The notes under the pieces: model-generated
The model's input: the letters and a program-made list of their open reading frames with translations, nothing else
Databases searched by the model: none
What the model was told of the DNA's origin: nothing
In this document: piece after piece, positions 13,480-27,745 of the stretch
Layout of the letters: every line of letters starts with the position of its first letter
Numbering within the stretch: position 1 is the first letter of the stretch
Made by a program: the position numbers and the translations under genes
Assembly (NCBI RefSeq): GCF_006345805.1
Contig: NC_043013.1
Span: 53,506,001 to 53,570,000, forward strand
Length of the DNA: 64,000 nt
Reading direction: 5' to 3'
From: Octopus sinensis
Lineage: Eukaryota

Positions 13480-13860
13480 TTGTTGTTGTTGTTGTTGTTA
13501 TTGTAGGCATTAGTGGCGTTATCATTATTAGTGTTGTTGTTGTTGTTAATGTCATTACTATTGTAGTGGCTGCCGGAGATGACGATAGTAATGATGATGA
13601 TGATGATGATGATGATGACGACGACGGTGGTGGTGGTAGTGGTGGTGGTGGTGGTGGTGACGATATTGGCGGAGGTGTCGGTGTTGATGTTAATGATTGT
13701 GATAATAGTGATGACAGAGATAGCGATGGCAGTAGTGATAATTTTTGCGGTGGTGGTGGTGGTAGTGGTGGTTGTGGCGGCGGCGGCGGTTGTAGTGGTG
13801 GTGGTGGTGGTGGAGATTGTGATGACAGTGATGATGGTGACGATGATGGTTGCAGCAGTA
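13480..13860. repeat. Degenerate (GTT)/(GAT)/(GGT) trinucleotide repeat mosaic
   Basis: Direct reading; yields low-complexity poly-G/D/P ORFs. Confidence 0.9.
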
Positions 13861-14035
13861 GAATGGCAGAGCGTAACCGAAACCAGGAGGGCTGTTTAAT
13901 TTGTGTGGTCAGCTGGATAGCAATTTTCATTAAATGCTCGTAGAGTGAGGCCATAATTTACGCTACTCGCTTTGATGCAACATCAACAAAGACTTGGATA
14001 TATAAACTCCCTGTTAACCATTAACCATTCAGCAA

Positions 14036-14070
<35 letters not shown>

Positions 14071-14345
14071 CACACACACACACAGAAGACGAAGATGTAA
14101 TCGATACGGTCATGCGTGAGCAGCATCACACATTCCCGTCTCTCATCTCATGCAATAAACGACACAAGTCTGTCTCTCATAAATAGTAATGCTTTTGAAA
14201 GACGGAGGACGGAAGGTGAATCGATAAAGAGATAGACAGACAGACAGACAGCGAGAGAGAAAGATGGACTTATTGACAGAGTGTGAGGCGTATAGATAGA
14301 GAGAGACAAATGGATAAATAGAGAAATAGATTGATGGATTGTTAG

Positions 14346-15281
<936 letters not shown>

Positions 15282-15309
15282 TATATACATATATATATAT
15301 GTATATATA

Positions 15310-16130
15310 TATTTGTGTCGCTAAAGAAAAATTTAGACAAGAAATGAACAAAAAAAGAAAAAGCATGGAAGGAAAAAATGTATGGTCAGTTTTCTGGAGA
15401 AAGTGAACGCCAAGAGAGATTCAGATGACCGTTGGCTATGGATGAGGAGGCGTGACCTGAAGATAGAGACGGAACCAGTTATGTAAAGTGCAGAATAGAC
15501 AACACTACCAATAGCGATAAATGCGGAATGTATGATGACAGGGGTGAAACGGTATGGCACATCGTTAGCGAATGCCAGAAATTGGCACAACGCGAATACA
15601 AACGACGCCATGGCATTGCGGCGAGAACAGCTTACAAAGAGCAAAGACGTGGTAGGAGCAAATCCCAGAAGCAGTCACCGAAAATTGCAAAATCCAGTGG
15701 GATGTAATGATCCAGTGCGATTTCCTGACCGGACATTGTTGTTGTGATTAAAAAAGAAGGAACTTGCATGATTATCGGCATAGCATGCCCCGGTGACAAC
15801 AGGATCAAAGAGAAAGAAGAAGAAAGAATAAACAACTATGATGATTTGAAGTGGGAAATACGAAGGTTGGTGGTCAATGAAGAGAGTAGACGTGATAGCA
15901 ATAGTAATAGGTGCACTTGGGAGTATCGGCATTCAACCATCAACATGGCTGAAAAAGATCAGTGCAAGTGTGAATGTAGAACACCTACAAAACTCATGAT
16001 TGCTTGAAGCTGCAAGAATTCTTTGCAAGAATTCTTGAAGCATGACCAGTAAACAACTGTCGCCTTAGTCTGCTGGCTGTGGACAGCTGACAATTTCCAT
16101 CATATCCAGCAAAATAAGCTGTGAGATTTC

Positions 16131-16132
<2 letters not shown>
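15310..16132 (+). mobile_element. Decayed 3' fragment of an R4/Dong-type non-LTR retrotransposon
   Basis: Broken frames give ETVWHIVSECQKLAQREYKRRH (CCHC region), KIQWD..PDIVVV..IACPGDNRIKEKEEE (REL nuclease) and IVIGALG; ends in (AAT)n at about 16132. Confidence 0.88.
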
Positions 16133-16172
<40 letters not shown>

Positions 16173-16275
16173 TAATAATAATGATAATAATAATGATAAT
16201 AATAATAATAACAATAATAATAATATAATATAATAATATAATAATAATAATATAATAATAATAAATAATAATAAT

Positions 16276-16818
16276 GCCCTGATGCAGTACCAGGCAGTGG
16301 CTCCCATGGCTTCTGATCTTAACTGATTGGAAGTGTTATCATGTACATTGTTTTGTCTTGGTATAAAAGATGGGCTACAGCAAATATTCTGCTCAATAAC
16401 ACAGATTTGCTTGTCAGTTGTTTGACCTTAACCAGTTGAGCATGTCCCTTAGTGTCTGACGATATGTGCATCTCTGATCATGAGCAGAAGTAGTGGGGGA
16501 GCATCATAGCCATGTGTTGTCAGGGATTCTTTGGGGTTTGAATAATTCACCTCTGGAAACATGGGTGTTTCGTTCAATATCCTTAAACAACCCTTATTCA
16601 GAGACCTTTTGAGCGGGATGGGCTACTCAACCTGAAGAAAATTCTAACTGGGCCCCACCTGCAAGGTCATGTGCTGTTTATCTTGATATGTCGCGCACAT
16701 ATGGTTGTGACGCTTGTGCCTGGTGTACCCTTATCAGACGGGTAGTCATGATGGGTATATTGGGCTTCGTATATTTTACCCCAGTGTCACTTTGATGGCA
16801 TGCACTGCTCTCTCACTC
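16276..16818 (+). mobile_element. About 545-bp non-coding element flanked by (TAA)n on both sides
   Basis: Second copy at 47336-47794 (-) shares the 3' end CTCTCTCACTCAAT(AAT)n; no ORF. Confidence 0.85.
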
Positions 16819-17353
16819 AATAATAATAATAATAATAATAATAATATAATAACAACAATAATAATAATAATACAAGCGAATACAAAAATCGTCGCGATAG
16901 AGTAGGACAGTATTTATATTGGAAAATATGTAAATATTACATATTTAAAATATGTAAGCATTACATAGTTCTGATTTTCAGAACTCCTGTTTACTGGTAT
17001 GAACATCAACCTGAGCCAGTCGCTGAAGGTAAAAGTGTCAGTATACTCTTTAATTTTCCAGTCAATAGCGACAGAGATGTTCTTGGTATTGTGATAATAT
17101 CTAAATAATATTCCAGGAGAACCATGTCTCAGAGAAATCGAAAAGATTGTGCTGACAAACACTGCCCACATCTTTAGAAAAAGACCTATCAATTTAAATG
17201 TGTTGTATTACATGAAAGCATTTCACTACTGTCCCTGCCAGTTACCCTCCCCAACCTTTCAGTCATACTGTAACATCTCTTATCCTTCATTCGCCCTAGG
17301 ACGCTGGGTGTCTCTCGGCAAGTGCCTGTAACAAGCATGCAGATTAAATAATG

Positions 17354-17422
<69 letters not shown>

Positions 17423-17431
17423 GTTTCAAAT

Positions 17432-17635
17432 TTTAACACAATGCCAGCAATCTGAGGAGAGGGTATGAGTCGATTACATCGACCCCAGTGTTCAACTGAT
17501 ACTTATTTTATCGACCCCGAAAAGATAAAAGGCAATGTCGACCACGGTAGAAGTTGAACTCAGAACGTATCGATGGGCTAAATACTCCTAAACATTTCGT
17601 CCAGCGCGCTAAAAATTCTGCAGCTCGCCGACTTA
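17432..17635 (-). mobile_element. tRNA-derived SINE, family A
   Basis: Reverse complement has GGCGAGCTGCAGAAT head, GAGTTCAACTT B box, and the core. Confidence 0.85.
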
Positions 17636-17699
17636 TATAGTGACAGCAATAATAATAATAATATCAATAATAATAATAATAATAATTAATATTATTATC

Positions 17700-17897
17700 A
17701 TTTCTTTACGACCCACAAGGAGCTAAACACAGAGGGGACAAACAAGGACAGGCAAACGGATTAAGTCGAATATATCGACCCCAGTGCGTAACTGGTACTT
17801 ATTTAATCGACCCCGAAAGGATGAAAGGCAAAGTCGACCTCGGCGGAATTTGAACTCAGAACCTAACGGCAGACGAAATATGGCTACGCATTTCGCC
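17700..17897 (-). mobile_element. tRNA-derived SINE, family A
   Basis: Reverse complement GAGTTCAAATTCCGCCGAGGTCGACTTTGCCTTTCATCCTTTCGGGGTCG with 3' end CTTGTGGGTCGTAAAGAAAT. Confidence 0.92.
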
Positions 17898-17909
17898 TTA
17901 ATAATAATA

Positions 17910-18225
<316 letters not shown>

Positions 18226-18649
18226 ACACTAGCAGGGAGAGAGAGAGAGAGAATGAGGGAAATAAGTGCATACACGCACAAACTTATATAATATCAATTG
18301 GTTGACGCCAAACATGCAATAGAATATGGAGCTATGACACGCACGCATGAGTGAACGATTGCTTATCGATGTCAGTGGAGTGGGGTGCCCTGTGTTTGTG
18401 CACTTGCGTTGCATGTGTGTGGGAAAGAGAGAGAGAGAGAGAAGGCGGTTGAGAGAGAGAAGGTGGGAGAGAATACGTGCGTGTGTTTGTGTGTGAGCGT
18501 ATGTATGCTGTAAACGTAATTATGGTTTGGGGTGTGCAATCAAAAGGCCTTTGGCAATATTAATTGCTGCGATGCCGGCTAATTGTTTCCTGGGTCAGGT
18601 GTACAGCATCAATCGATTCTGCTGCAAATATCCTTCTGTGTGTTTGTGG

Positions 18650-18692
<43 letters not shown>

Positions 18693-20086
18693 CTTTCACC
18701 GAATACTTGACGCTATCTTACGCTGATATCTGGTCACCCATATGTACACATGCATCTTTACATATCTATGCATAGGTAAGAAGGCCAGTATGTATTTATA
18801 TGTGTAGTTGTTTGTTTGTGTGTATATATGTATGAATTGATGGGATAAGTGTTTGTGAGTGTATATATGTACTTGCATGAATATGTATATTTTGCATGGT
18901 TTGGGAAAAAGAAGGCAAGTGGTTTGGAGAATTGGGTCTGTTCTTGTGACTGTAATGTAGTGACATTATTATATTGGGGGGATATCTGAATATTTGTAGG
19001 GGTGAAGTGAAGGAATGGTAAGGATCCAAAATCTGATTACGTACATACGACCTTCTAGCACCAACCCTTCCCACCTATAGATTGACCACAGTCTTCAGAA
19101 GCCTCGCATATTGAGGCTAAGTCCCTGTTCAAAGGTGTGGAATCGAACCCTGGTGTGCGGACACTGTCAAATGACTTGCGGTGATCTCTGTCCCTCTTAT
19201 TGGTCATGGCTTCGTTGTCTCTGTTGCAGCTGTTCATGTCACGTCTTACAGCCATAACTGAGTTCAGAGAGAGAAAAAGAAAGAGAGACAGAGAGATGGG
19301 AAGATGTATTTTCAGAAATATTTGGCTGCTACTTCTACTTATTCAGTAGGTGGCAATCCCATTGATGCATGTTACTGGTATTACTGCTGGTGGTTTCGCT
19401 GTTTATTTTAAGTCCGAGGTTAGTTATGATCCACAATACTTATAATCCAGGACATTCCAAATATGACAACCCTTTCTGTATCACTCATAACATCTCTGAA
19501 ACTCATTTATTTTCTTCAGTTGCAGAATAAGGTAGAGGGTTATTGGTTGAATATTTAATCAATATGGTCGCTACATTTTTAGAGAAAATCCAACCGTGCA
19601 CGCCATATTATATATTCACATATTTTCTATATTAGATATATATTACGTGATGTCAACAAGGCCACGGGGCATGGTTTAAACTACATGTTGCTGCTTCTTC
19701 TAGTAGGCAAGGTAACCGTATCCGGAATTCCGCGTTGTTTTATGTATATATACTCTGGTCCTTATTGTCTACAACAAAAAATAATTGATCCGTTCATTAT
19801 AAATCTGGATTATTTCTCATCATTCTTAGCAATGAAAGGTTTTAATTTTATGTAAAATTAACAGCGCAGACCACAACATGGCGGATTTCATTATCTCCGA
19901 CGATCGGAATTCATATAGCTATGGTCCTTGTACTGATATATCAATTAAATACATACGTATAAGTGTGTATGTGAGAGAGAGAGTGTGTGCGTGTGTCCAT
20001 GTATGTTGGCACATACATACTCACACACACACATATATATATATATATATTATATTCGTATTTGTATATACTTATATTTACTTACC

Positions 20087-20142
<56 letters not shown>

Positions 20143-20302
20143 ATATACATATATACATATATACATACATATATACACACATATATATATCGTGGGATTC
20201 GTCAATCGACTACGAATATGGATGATATTATTGATATTAACTAATACATATGATAGGAAATCAAGAAACGACAGCCTTTTCCCCATCATTTCGTATGAAT
20301 AT

Positions 20303-20403
<101 letters not shown>

Positions 20404-20825
20404 AGTACGTACGTCATACGTATTGTGTACGTACAGGTATGTACGTAACACATGCTGTAATTAGATGAAATAGAAATCAATATCACACTTTAATTCGATT
20501 CTGCATACATACACACACACACACACACACACACGTGTGCTTATATATATATACAAACACGTGTATGTATGTATATACACATATGTATGGGGGAGGTGTC
20601 TCGTTTCCTTATGTTTCGTTTGCAATCTTTAGTTTTGCTTCTTTCTTGTATGGTGTTATATTTATTTTGTTATCCATATATTTGTTTGTTTGTTTTAGTA
20701 TTTTCTTTTCAAAATGGCGCATCACAAATATTTTGGTCGGAAAGATAAAGCAACTAAGCATTAAACAATAAAAGAAGAAAACAAAAACAAAACAACGAAC
20801 GCAAGAGAAAATAGTGCTACTGACG

Positions 20826-20846
20826 ATAATAATAATAATAATAATA

Positions 20847-20883
<37 letters not shown>

Positions 20884-21024
20884 CATAATAATAATAATAA
20901 TATAATAATAATGATAATAATAATATAATAATGATAATAATAATAATAATAATAATATAATAATAATAATAATCATAATAATAATAATAATATGATAATA
21001 ATGATAATAATAATAATAATAATG

Positions 21025-21062
<38 letters not shown>

Positions 21063-21093
21063 CATAATAATAATAATAATAATAATAATAATC

Positions 21094-21173
<80 letters not shown>

Positions 21174-21240
21174 CATAATAATAATAATAATAATGATAAT
21201 AATGATAATAATAATTGATAATAATAATAAAAATAATAAC
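20826..21240. repeat. Long (AAT)n microsatellite of about 410 bp
   Basis: Direct reading. Confidence 0.97.
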
Positions 21241-21637
21241 ATGCACAAGCAAAACATGTAATAATTCGTAATGATGTTGTTGGAAAATTTAATGTATTTT
21301 TGATATCTTTTAGCAAAATAATATGGCGTTTGTTTCACATACATACTCTGATGCATATGCACACACATACACATACATACTCGCATACACACACATATTG
21401 CGTTTTGTTATTTTTAAAAATATGTGTTGTTGGTTATTGTTGTTGTTGTTATGGTGGTTTATCATTTTTCGACTTAGTGAGGAAATGGAAATATTTAATG
21501 GTGACTTGCTTTCAATTTTATATTCAAATCTTGTCTCTCAATAATTTGCGTGTTATCAATGAGCGTCTATTATATATTCCCGCCTGGCCTTTATAGGAGC
21601 TGAAAAAAAAACTCAGTCTAAAATAATAATGATGATG

Positions 21638-21694
<57 letters not shown>

Positions 21695-21735
21695 TAACAA
21701 TAATAACAATAATAACAATAACAACAATCATAAGA

Positions 21736-21791
<56 letters not shown>

Positions 21792-21979
21792 GATAATAAT
21801 AATAATAATAATTAATATAAAGATTCTTGGTCCTCGCAAATTGAATAAAAGCAATTTTTGGAAAAGCAATCGCGTTGACAAATTAAATCCCAGAGACTGT
21901 ATCAATCATTGTCAAATAATTTGTATCTAAGAATATACTTATGTGTATATGTGTATATATGCGTATGTGTATATGTACG

Positions 21980-22096
<117 letters not shown>

Positions 22097-22506
22097 GATA
22101 TATATATATACAGAGAGTGGGAGAAGAGAAAGAAAGAGGGACATATGTATATATACATTGTTATGCATATATAAATTATGTGTGTTTATATTAATTATAT
22201 ATATCTTATATATATTATCTATAAAAATATATATAACACAGTTGCAAATATATACATATATATGTATATATGTACGTATATATAAGATGTATATATATAT
22301 ATACATACATACATACATATATATATATATGTGTGTATGTATTTATATATGCATGTGTGTGTCCTAGCCCGTGTGCATGTGTGAGTTTGTGTGTGTAAAT
22401 ACAAAAGATATAACGTTATTATTGAGAATTTGTGTTAAAATCGTGTCGATGGAAAGTAACAAGTAACAAGTGTCTACCTTCATGTATGTCTAGACACACG
22501 TATACA

Positions 22507-22558
<52 letters not shown>

Positions 22559-22719
22559 CATTCAAATACAGATGTGTATATACATATACATACATACGTA
22601 CATACATAACGTAAGCAGGATTAAACTATGTTCAAGTGAATATAACTCCCACAATTTCGAATCACTGTCTGAGTGCTCTCTTCTTACCTCTTCCTTCTCC
22701 AGCACAAATCTACAGTGTG

Positions 22720-22928
22720 AGTATCTACGTTTGCACGTTATTTACATTATCTACATTTGACGAATATTTGTCCTCATCTTGTTTGTTGTTAACACCACTT
22801 TTCTGCTGATATATCTTCCAGCCTTCATCAGATGTCTTGGAGAAATTTCTAACCTGGGTTCTCATACCTAAGGTATTTTTCGATGTCATTATTATTATTA
22901 TTATCATTATTATTATTATTATTATTAC

Positions 22929-22966
<38 letters not shown>

Positions 22967-23108
22967 TCACTATCTGGAATCGAACTCGGATTCTTGAGTT
23001 AAGTAGCCCGCACTCTTAACCACTACGCCATATCCCCGAGGAGCAAATATCCATCAAATGTAAATAATGTAAATAATGTACATAATTCCTCATCTCTTGA
23101 ATATAGAA
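22720..23108 (-). mobile_element. tRNA-headed, hammerhead-bearing non-autonomous element with an inverted tail copy
   Basis: On the minus strand: tRNA-like head 23037-22963 (A box TGGCGTAGTGG, B box GAGTTCGATTCC), (AAT)n, body, HHR fold 22836-22791, tail. The same tail recurs on the plus strand at 23038-23108. Confidence 0.75.
22791..22836 (-). ncRNA. Degenerate minimal type I hammerhead ribozyme
   Basis: GACAT-CTGATGA-A-GGCTG-gaagatatat-CAGCA-GAAA-AGTG-GTGTT. The core and stem II are recognisable. The cleavage region is mutated relative to the copy at 27629-27646 (CAGCC-GAAA-CGTT-GTGTT). Confidence 0.65.
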
Positions 23109-23986
23109 CTATCTGTCTGCAGTTTGTAACCTCAGGTACGCTGACTTTTTGTGACCTCTTAGCTGTGCTCAAATTCGTTGGGTACACAACACTTAGAATA
23201 TCATAGGGCCCTTTGAAAACTTTCATTTCGATATAAAGGTTCCTGGCAGCAGGAAAGTTTGAAATTACAGGTGTGTGCTTTCCTTTTGTATTTAATTGTA
23301 TGATCCAAATTTTTCTAATATTACATCGAACCATTTAGAAAAGCAAATGTATATATTGGATCTTTTAATAACAATATTTTACAGGTGATCCTCTATAAAA
23401 GTGCAGGCATTCGACTTGCTAGACATAGCAGCAAACTGCACCCTACCATTTTATAGAGAATGACACACCTGGCACAATAGACCTGTCTATATAAAGATGT
23501 ACACGTGAGCGAAGTGATCTTCTGAACGGAACAGCCACGCATGCAGCCATGTTGCTGAAGAAAATTCGTTCATATTAATAATGTCAGTGGGTCATTAAAA
23601 CTGAGAATATTGTAGTGATGTTAATAAGGTTGGGGCATTCAGTTAGATGGGGATATTGATTAAGGAGTGACTCCAGTCGATATATTTACCAAAGCTTATC
23701 AGTATGCAATTGCAACGATACTTAAAATACCGCAAATGCACGAAGCAGTAAAAAGATACAAAAGGAAGCGAGAGATTTTTGATTAGAGCCCCTTGTGCGT
23801 CGTGCTCAAATCAGGATTAGCTCAGATTTGCCTTTTATTTCTGATAAGGTCGAATACATATGGACCAGTGAAGAATTGGTCGACCAACTTTTTGCAGTCA
23901 TTGCCCCAGTATGGCCAAAGTAGCCGTTTTGAAGCGACTGTTTTACCGATAACACAATGCGTGTGCGTGTCTATGTACGTACATAT

Positions 23987-24068
<82 letters not shown>

Positions 24069-24086
24069 CATACATATATATATATA

Positions 24087-24484
24087 GGCACAGGAGTGGC
24101 TGTGTGGTAAGTAGCTTGTCTACCAACCACATGGTTCCGGGTTCAGTCCCACTGCGTGGCACCTTGGGCAAGTGTCTTCTTCTATAGCCTCGGGCCGACC
24201 AAAGCCTTGTGAGAGGATTTGGTAGACGGAAACTGAAAGAATCCCGTCGTATATATGTATATATATATATATATGCGTGTGTGTTTGTGTGTCTGTGTTT
24301 GTCCCATAACATTGCTTGACAATCGATGCTGGTGTGTTTATGTCCCCGTTACTTAGCGGTTCGGCAAAAGAGACCGATAGAATAAGTACTGGGCTTACAA
24401 AAGAATAAGTCCCGGGGTCGAGTTGCTCGATTACAGGCGGTGCTCCAGCATGGCCGCAGTCAAATGACTGAAACAAGTAAAAAG
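24087..24484 (+). mobile_element. tRNA-derived CORE-like SINE, family B (full length)
   Basis: Head TGGCTGTGTGGTAAG..GGGTTCAGTCCC, CORE-like CACCTTGGGCAAGTGTCTT, internal AT/GT repeat, 3' end CATGGCCGCAGTCAAATGACTGAAAC; near-identical to 46145-46530. Confidence 0.93.
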
Positions 24485-25412
24485 AAAGAAAAGAAAGATA
24501 TGTATATATATATATATATACATATGGATATATATATATATATACATATATGTATGTATATATATGTATATATACATGTATATATATATATATATACACA
24601 CATACATATATACATACAAATATATATATACAAATATATTTATATATACATGCACACACACATTTAGCTAGGCATTTTGTGTTTGCGTGCATGCTTGTTC
24701 GAGTTCTTCGTGCGTGTTCAATGCATGCGCATGTGTGTGTAAGTCTCTGTGTGTATGTATGTGTGTGTGTAAACGTGTGTGTGTGTGCGTGCGTGTATGT
24801 GTGCGCGTGTCGTGATTTATGTATAGCGGTTTCTGTCTGAGTTAGCGACCACTTATTAGAGAGTCAACGATATGATACGAGAAGAGAAAATTAAAGACTT
24901 AAAGCTACAGAGAAGGGAATAAAGAGATTGATTAATATAAACATGCTTGTGGCATGCTAGTGCAGGAAGAGATCTGGCAGTAATGAACCAAACGCCAAAG
25001 AGAATCTTGTGTTGGTTTCACTGACTGCAGTAACATTTAGCGTTAACTAACGGCAGCCATGTTGTAACTTCATTATAATAACGATATCAAAGTTTCCATT
25101 GGAAGCTACATTGAATTACATCTGTGAGTGTATTAATGGCATCAGTCCAGCTCTTTAAATATATCACAGCGTCCTCGTTCAACGCACCACCTTTAAATTC
25201 TCCCTACCAACCTCTGGACCCGACATACATCCACACCTCTGTATCTGCTCAATGATATTTAGTCATTTAACCAGTTCTCGTGACTGGAAGTTTCTACGCT
25301 TTTTGATGGTCGTACGCTGGCACCGATACATAATATGGTAGGTGGTGGTAGTGGCGTTTGCAGTGGTCAAGGCGTTGTAGTAGCAGTGGAGGTTGCGTGA
25401 TGGTGACGGTGA

Positions 25413-25590
25413 CGTCTGTCGTTACGCTGTGAGTTCAAATTCCGCCGAGGTCGACTTTGCCTTTCATCCTTTCGGGGTCGATAAATTAAGTACCAGTTAC
25501 GCACTGGGGTCGATGGAATCGACTTAATACCTATGTCTGTCCTTGTTTGTCCCATCTATGTTTAGCCCCTTGTGGGTAATAAAGAAATAT
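25413..25590 (+). mobile_element. tRNA-derived SINE, family A (5' end truncated)
   Basis: GAGTTCAAATTCCGCCGAGGTCGACTTTGCCTTTCATCCTTTCGGGGTCGATAAATTAAGTACCAG through GTGGGTAATAAAGAAAT. Confidence 0.92.
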
Positions 25591-26366
25591 GTATCAGTGG
25601 TAGTAATCACGGCGGCGGTGGTGCAAGCAGCAGTAGTGGTTTCGGTATAACTGCTGTGTCGTCTGCTCATTAGGGGTTGTATGCTTCCCTTTCTGTCAAG
25701 TATGAGCGTAAAACAAGGTGAACAACAAGAGAACATTTCTCTGAAACTGAATGCCTACAAAGGATGCTCTAATCACTCAGCCTCTTGGAATTAGAAGTCA
25801 AATAAAACTCCGATCATACATTGACTGTCCTAAAAATTAATTAGATTGTTGTCCACTGTCCAACAATGCAGGTTTTCATGTATGGACATACGGAATGGTC
25901 ACAGCTGGAAAGGTTTTGATCAGCAAACCAGTAATTGAGCAATAGTTGGAAGCCAACAAAATTATTGTTAATTAGAAATTCAGACACAAGAATGGGTTAG
26001 TAGTTAGGGAAATTAGATTCACAACCTTGTATTTGTGGCTTCGATGTCACTGCATGACACCTCGGACAAGGGCTGACTATTGTAGCCTCGAGCTGACCTG
26101 TCCTTCAGGAGTGAAATTGGCAGAGGAAAATTGTGTGAACACGTCATATACACGTGTGTACGTGTGTGTGTGTGTATGTACAATCCGAATGAGAGGACAA
26201 AGAAATTCTTTAAGACGAGTTTAAGTTTTTTTTGTCTAATTTAAATTTGCTTTACTCTTCTCTAAACACACAACGCTTCTGCCATTGTGAAACCTGGATT
26301 GTCTACACCTGAAGAATTTTGATATTACAATGGAATCCAACAGTGTAGATAGCCTAAAGTTCGAGT

Positions 26367-26399
<33 letters not shown>

Positions 26400-26479
26400 G
26401 TGTGTATGTATATGTATATATATATATATACATATATATGTATATGTATATATATATATACACACACACATACATATAT

Positions 26480-26975
26480 AAAATACAAAATGGAACAAGA
26501 ACGCAAAACATCCAGACAGTTAGGTGATGCAAAAATAGGACAACAAAACATCCAGATACAATGAAAACAGGGACGGGTCATTCGAAGTTTTCTTTCCTCA
26601 GTCGAGTACCAAATTATCTTCACAATTTCGGCTGATTATACTCGAGATTGCTACAATCTGGCCAACCCCAAGGAAAAACTAAGCTAAGAGCATTAGATTC
26701 CCTAGTAAAATGCAGCGAATGTATGCAAAAAACAAGAACGGAAAGAAGACGGACAATGTTACCCAAATACAACAATAATAGTAACAGAACATAACAACAG
26801 GTGTCTTTCGAATAAGGACGAATAAAATGAAGCTGGAGTGTGTGGAAATAAAACCTTACGGTAGAAATAGAGGATTTCACAGGCACAGGGAGGAATATCG
26901 ATGTTGCACGGACAACGACCAGACCAAAATAGAAAGATCAGGCTTGGCCGAACGCCGGTCACGTGGGAAGAAAAG
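26480..26975 (-). repeat. About 500-bp interspersed repeat, family D (class unknown)
   Basis: Reverse complement aligns by eye with 55725-56185 (CACGTGAC..TTGGCCGAA start; GCTTAGTTTTTC..TGGCC..AATCAGCCGAAATT). Confidence 0.7.
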
Positions 26976-27534
26976 AGAGAGAGAGAGGTAGATGCAGAGG
27001 GACAGAAGAATTAAGGAGGGGCGAGATAAATATGCCCCTTTTTAATCGCAGCCTCATGAACCTGAAAATATGCCTAACTCCCAGAATGTGATTCCATCAC
27101 TGGGGGTTCCAATTACAATTAGATTCGTTAGTGTAAACTCTTCCCATCATGGCTCCGAGATGACCAAAGCTTTCTAAGTGAAAATCGAAAACAGAAACTC
27201 TGTAGGAACTCATCATACACACACACACATACAACCACACACATACTTTTATGTAAATACCTGTGTATATGTATGTTTATATGGGTATATATGTTTATAT
27301 GCAGGTGCGTGCATTTGTGTGGTTATCATCACCGTTTGGCAATCATTATTGCTTTCTTTACGCTCCGTTACTTTACGGTTCACCAAATGAAGACTATAAA
27401 ATAAGTACAAGACATTTAGTGTGGTCGATTTGTCTGACTAATCCTTTGAGGCTTTTCACATAATTGCTGCCGTTCAATGTTTGAAACAAATAAAAGAAAC
27501 TATAAGGGAGTACTATTTATTTTACATTATTTAT

Positions 27535-27745
27535 ATTATTTACATTTGATGGATATTTGACTTCATCTTGTTTGTTGTTAACGGCTGATATACTCTCCGG
27601 CCTTCATCAAGTGTCTTGGAGGGTGTATCAGCCGAAACGTTGTGTTAATAACCAACAAAAGGAGGACAAATATCCGTCAAATTTAAATAAAAATAAATTA
27701 TGTAAATAATGTATATAATTCCTCATCCCTTAAATATAGAATAGT
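27535..27745. mobile_element. Head-to-head inverted pair of the hammerhead-bearing tail (same family as 22720-23108)
   Basis: Minus copy 27618-27535 (GACAC-TTGATGA-AGGCCG..CAGCCG, GAAAC region deleted). Plus copy 27619-27745 (CAGCC-GAAA-CGTT-GTGTT plus tail). Confidence 0.8.

Noticed and set aside
22963-23037. Functional tRNA gene
   Set aside because: A and B boxes are present but I could not build a proper acceptor stem. It is treated as a SINE head.
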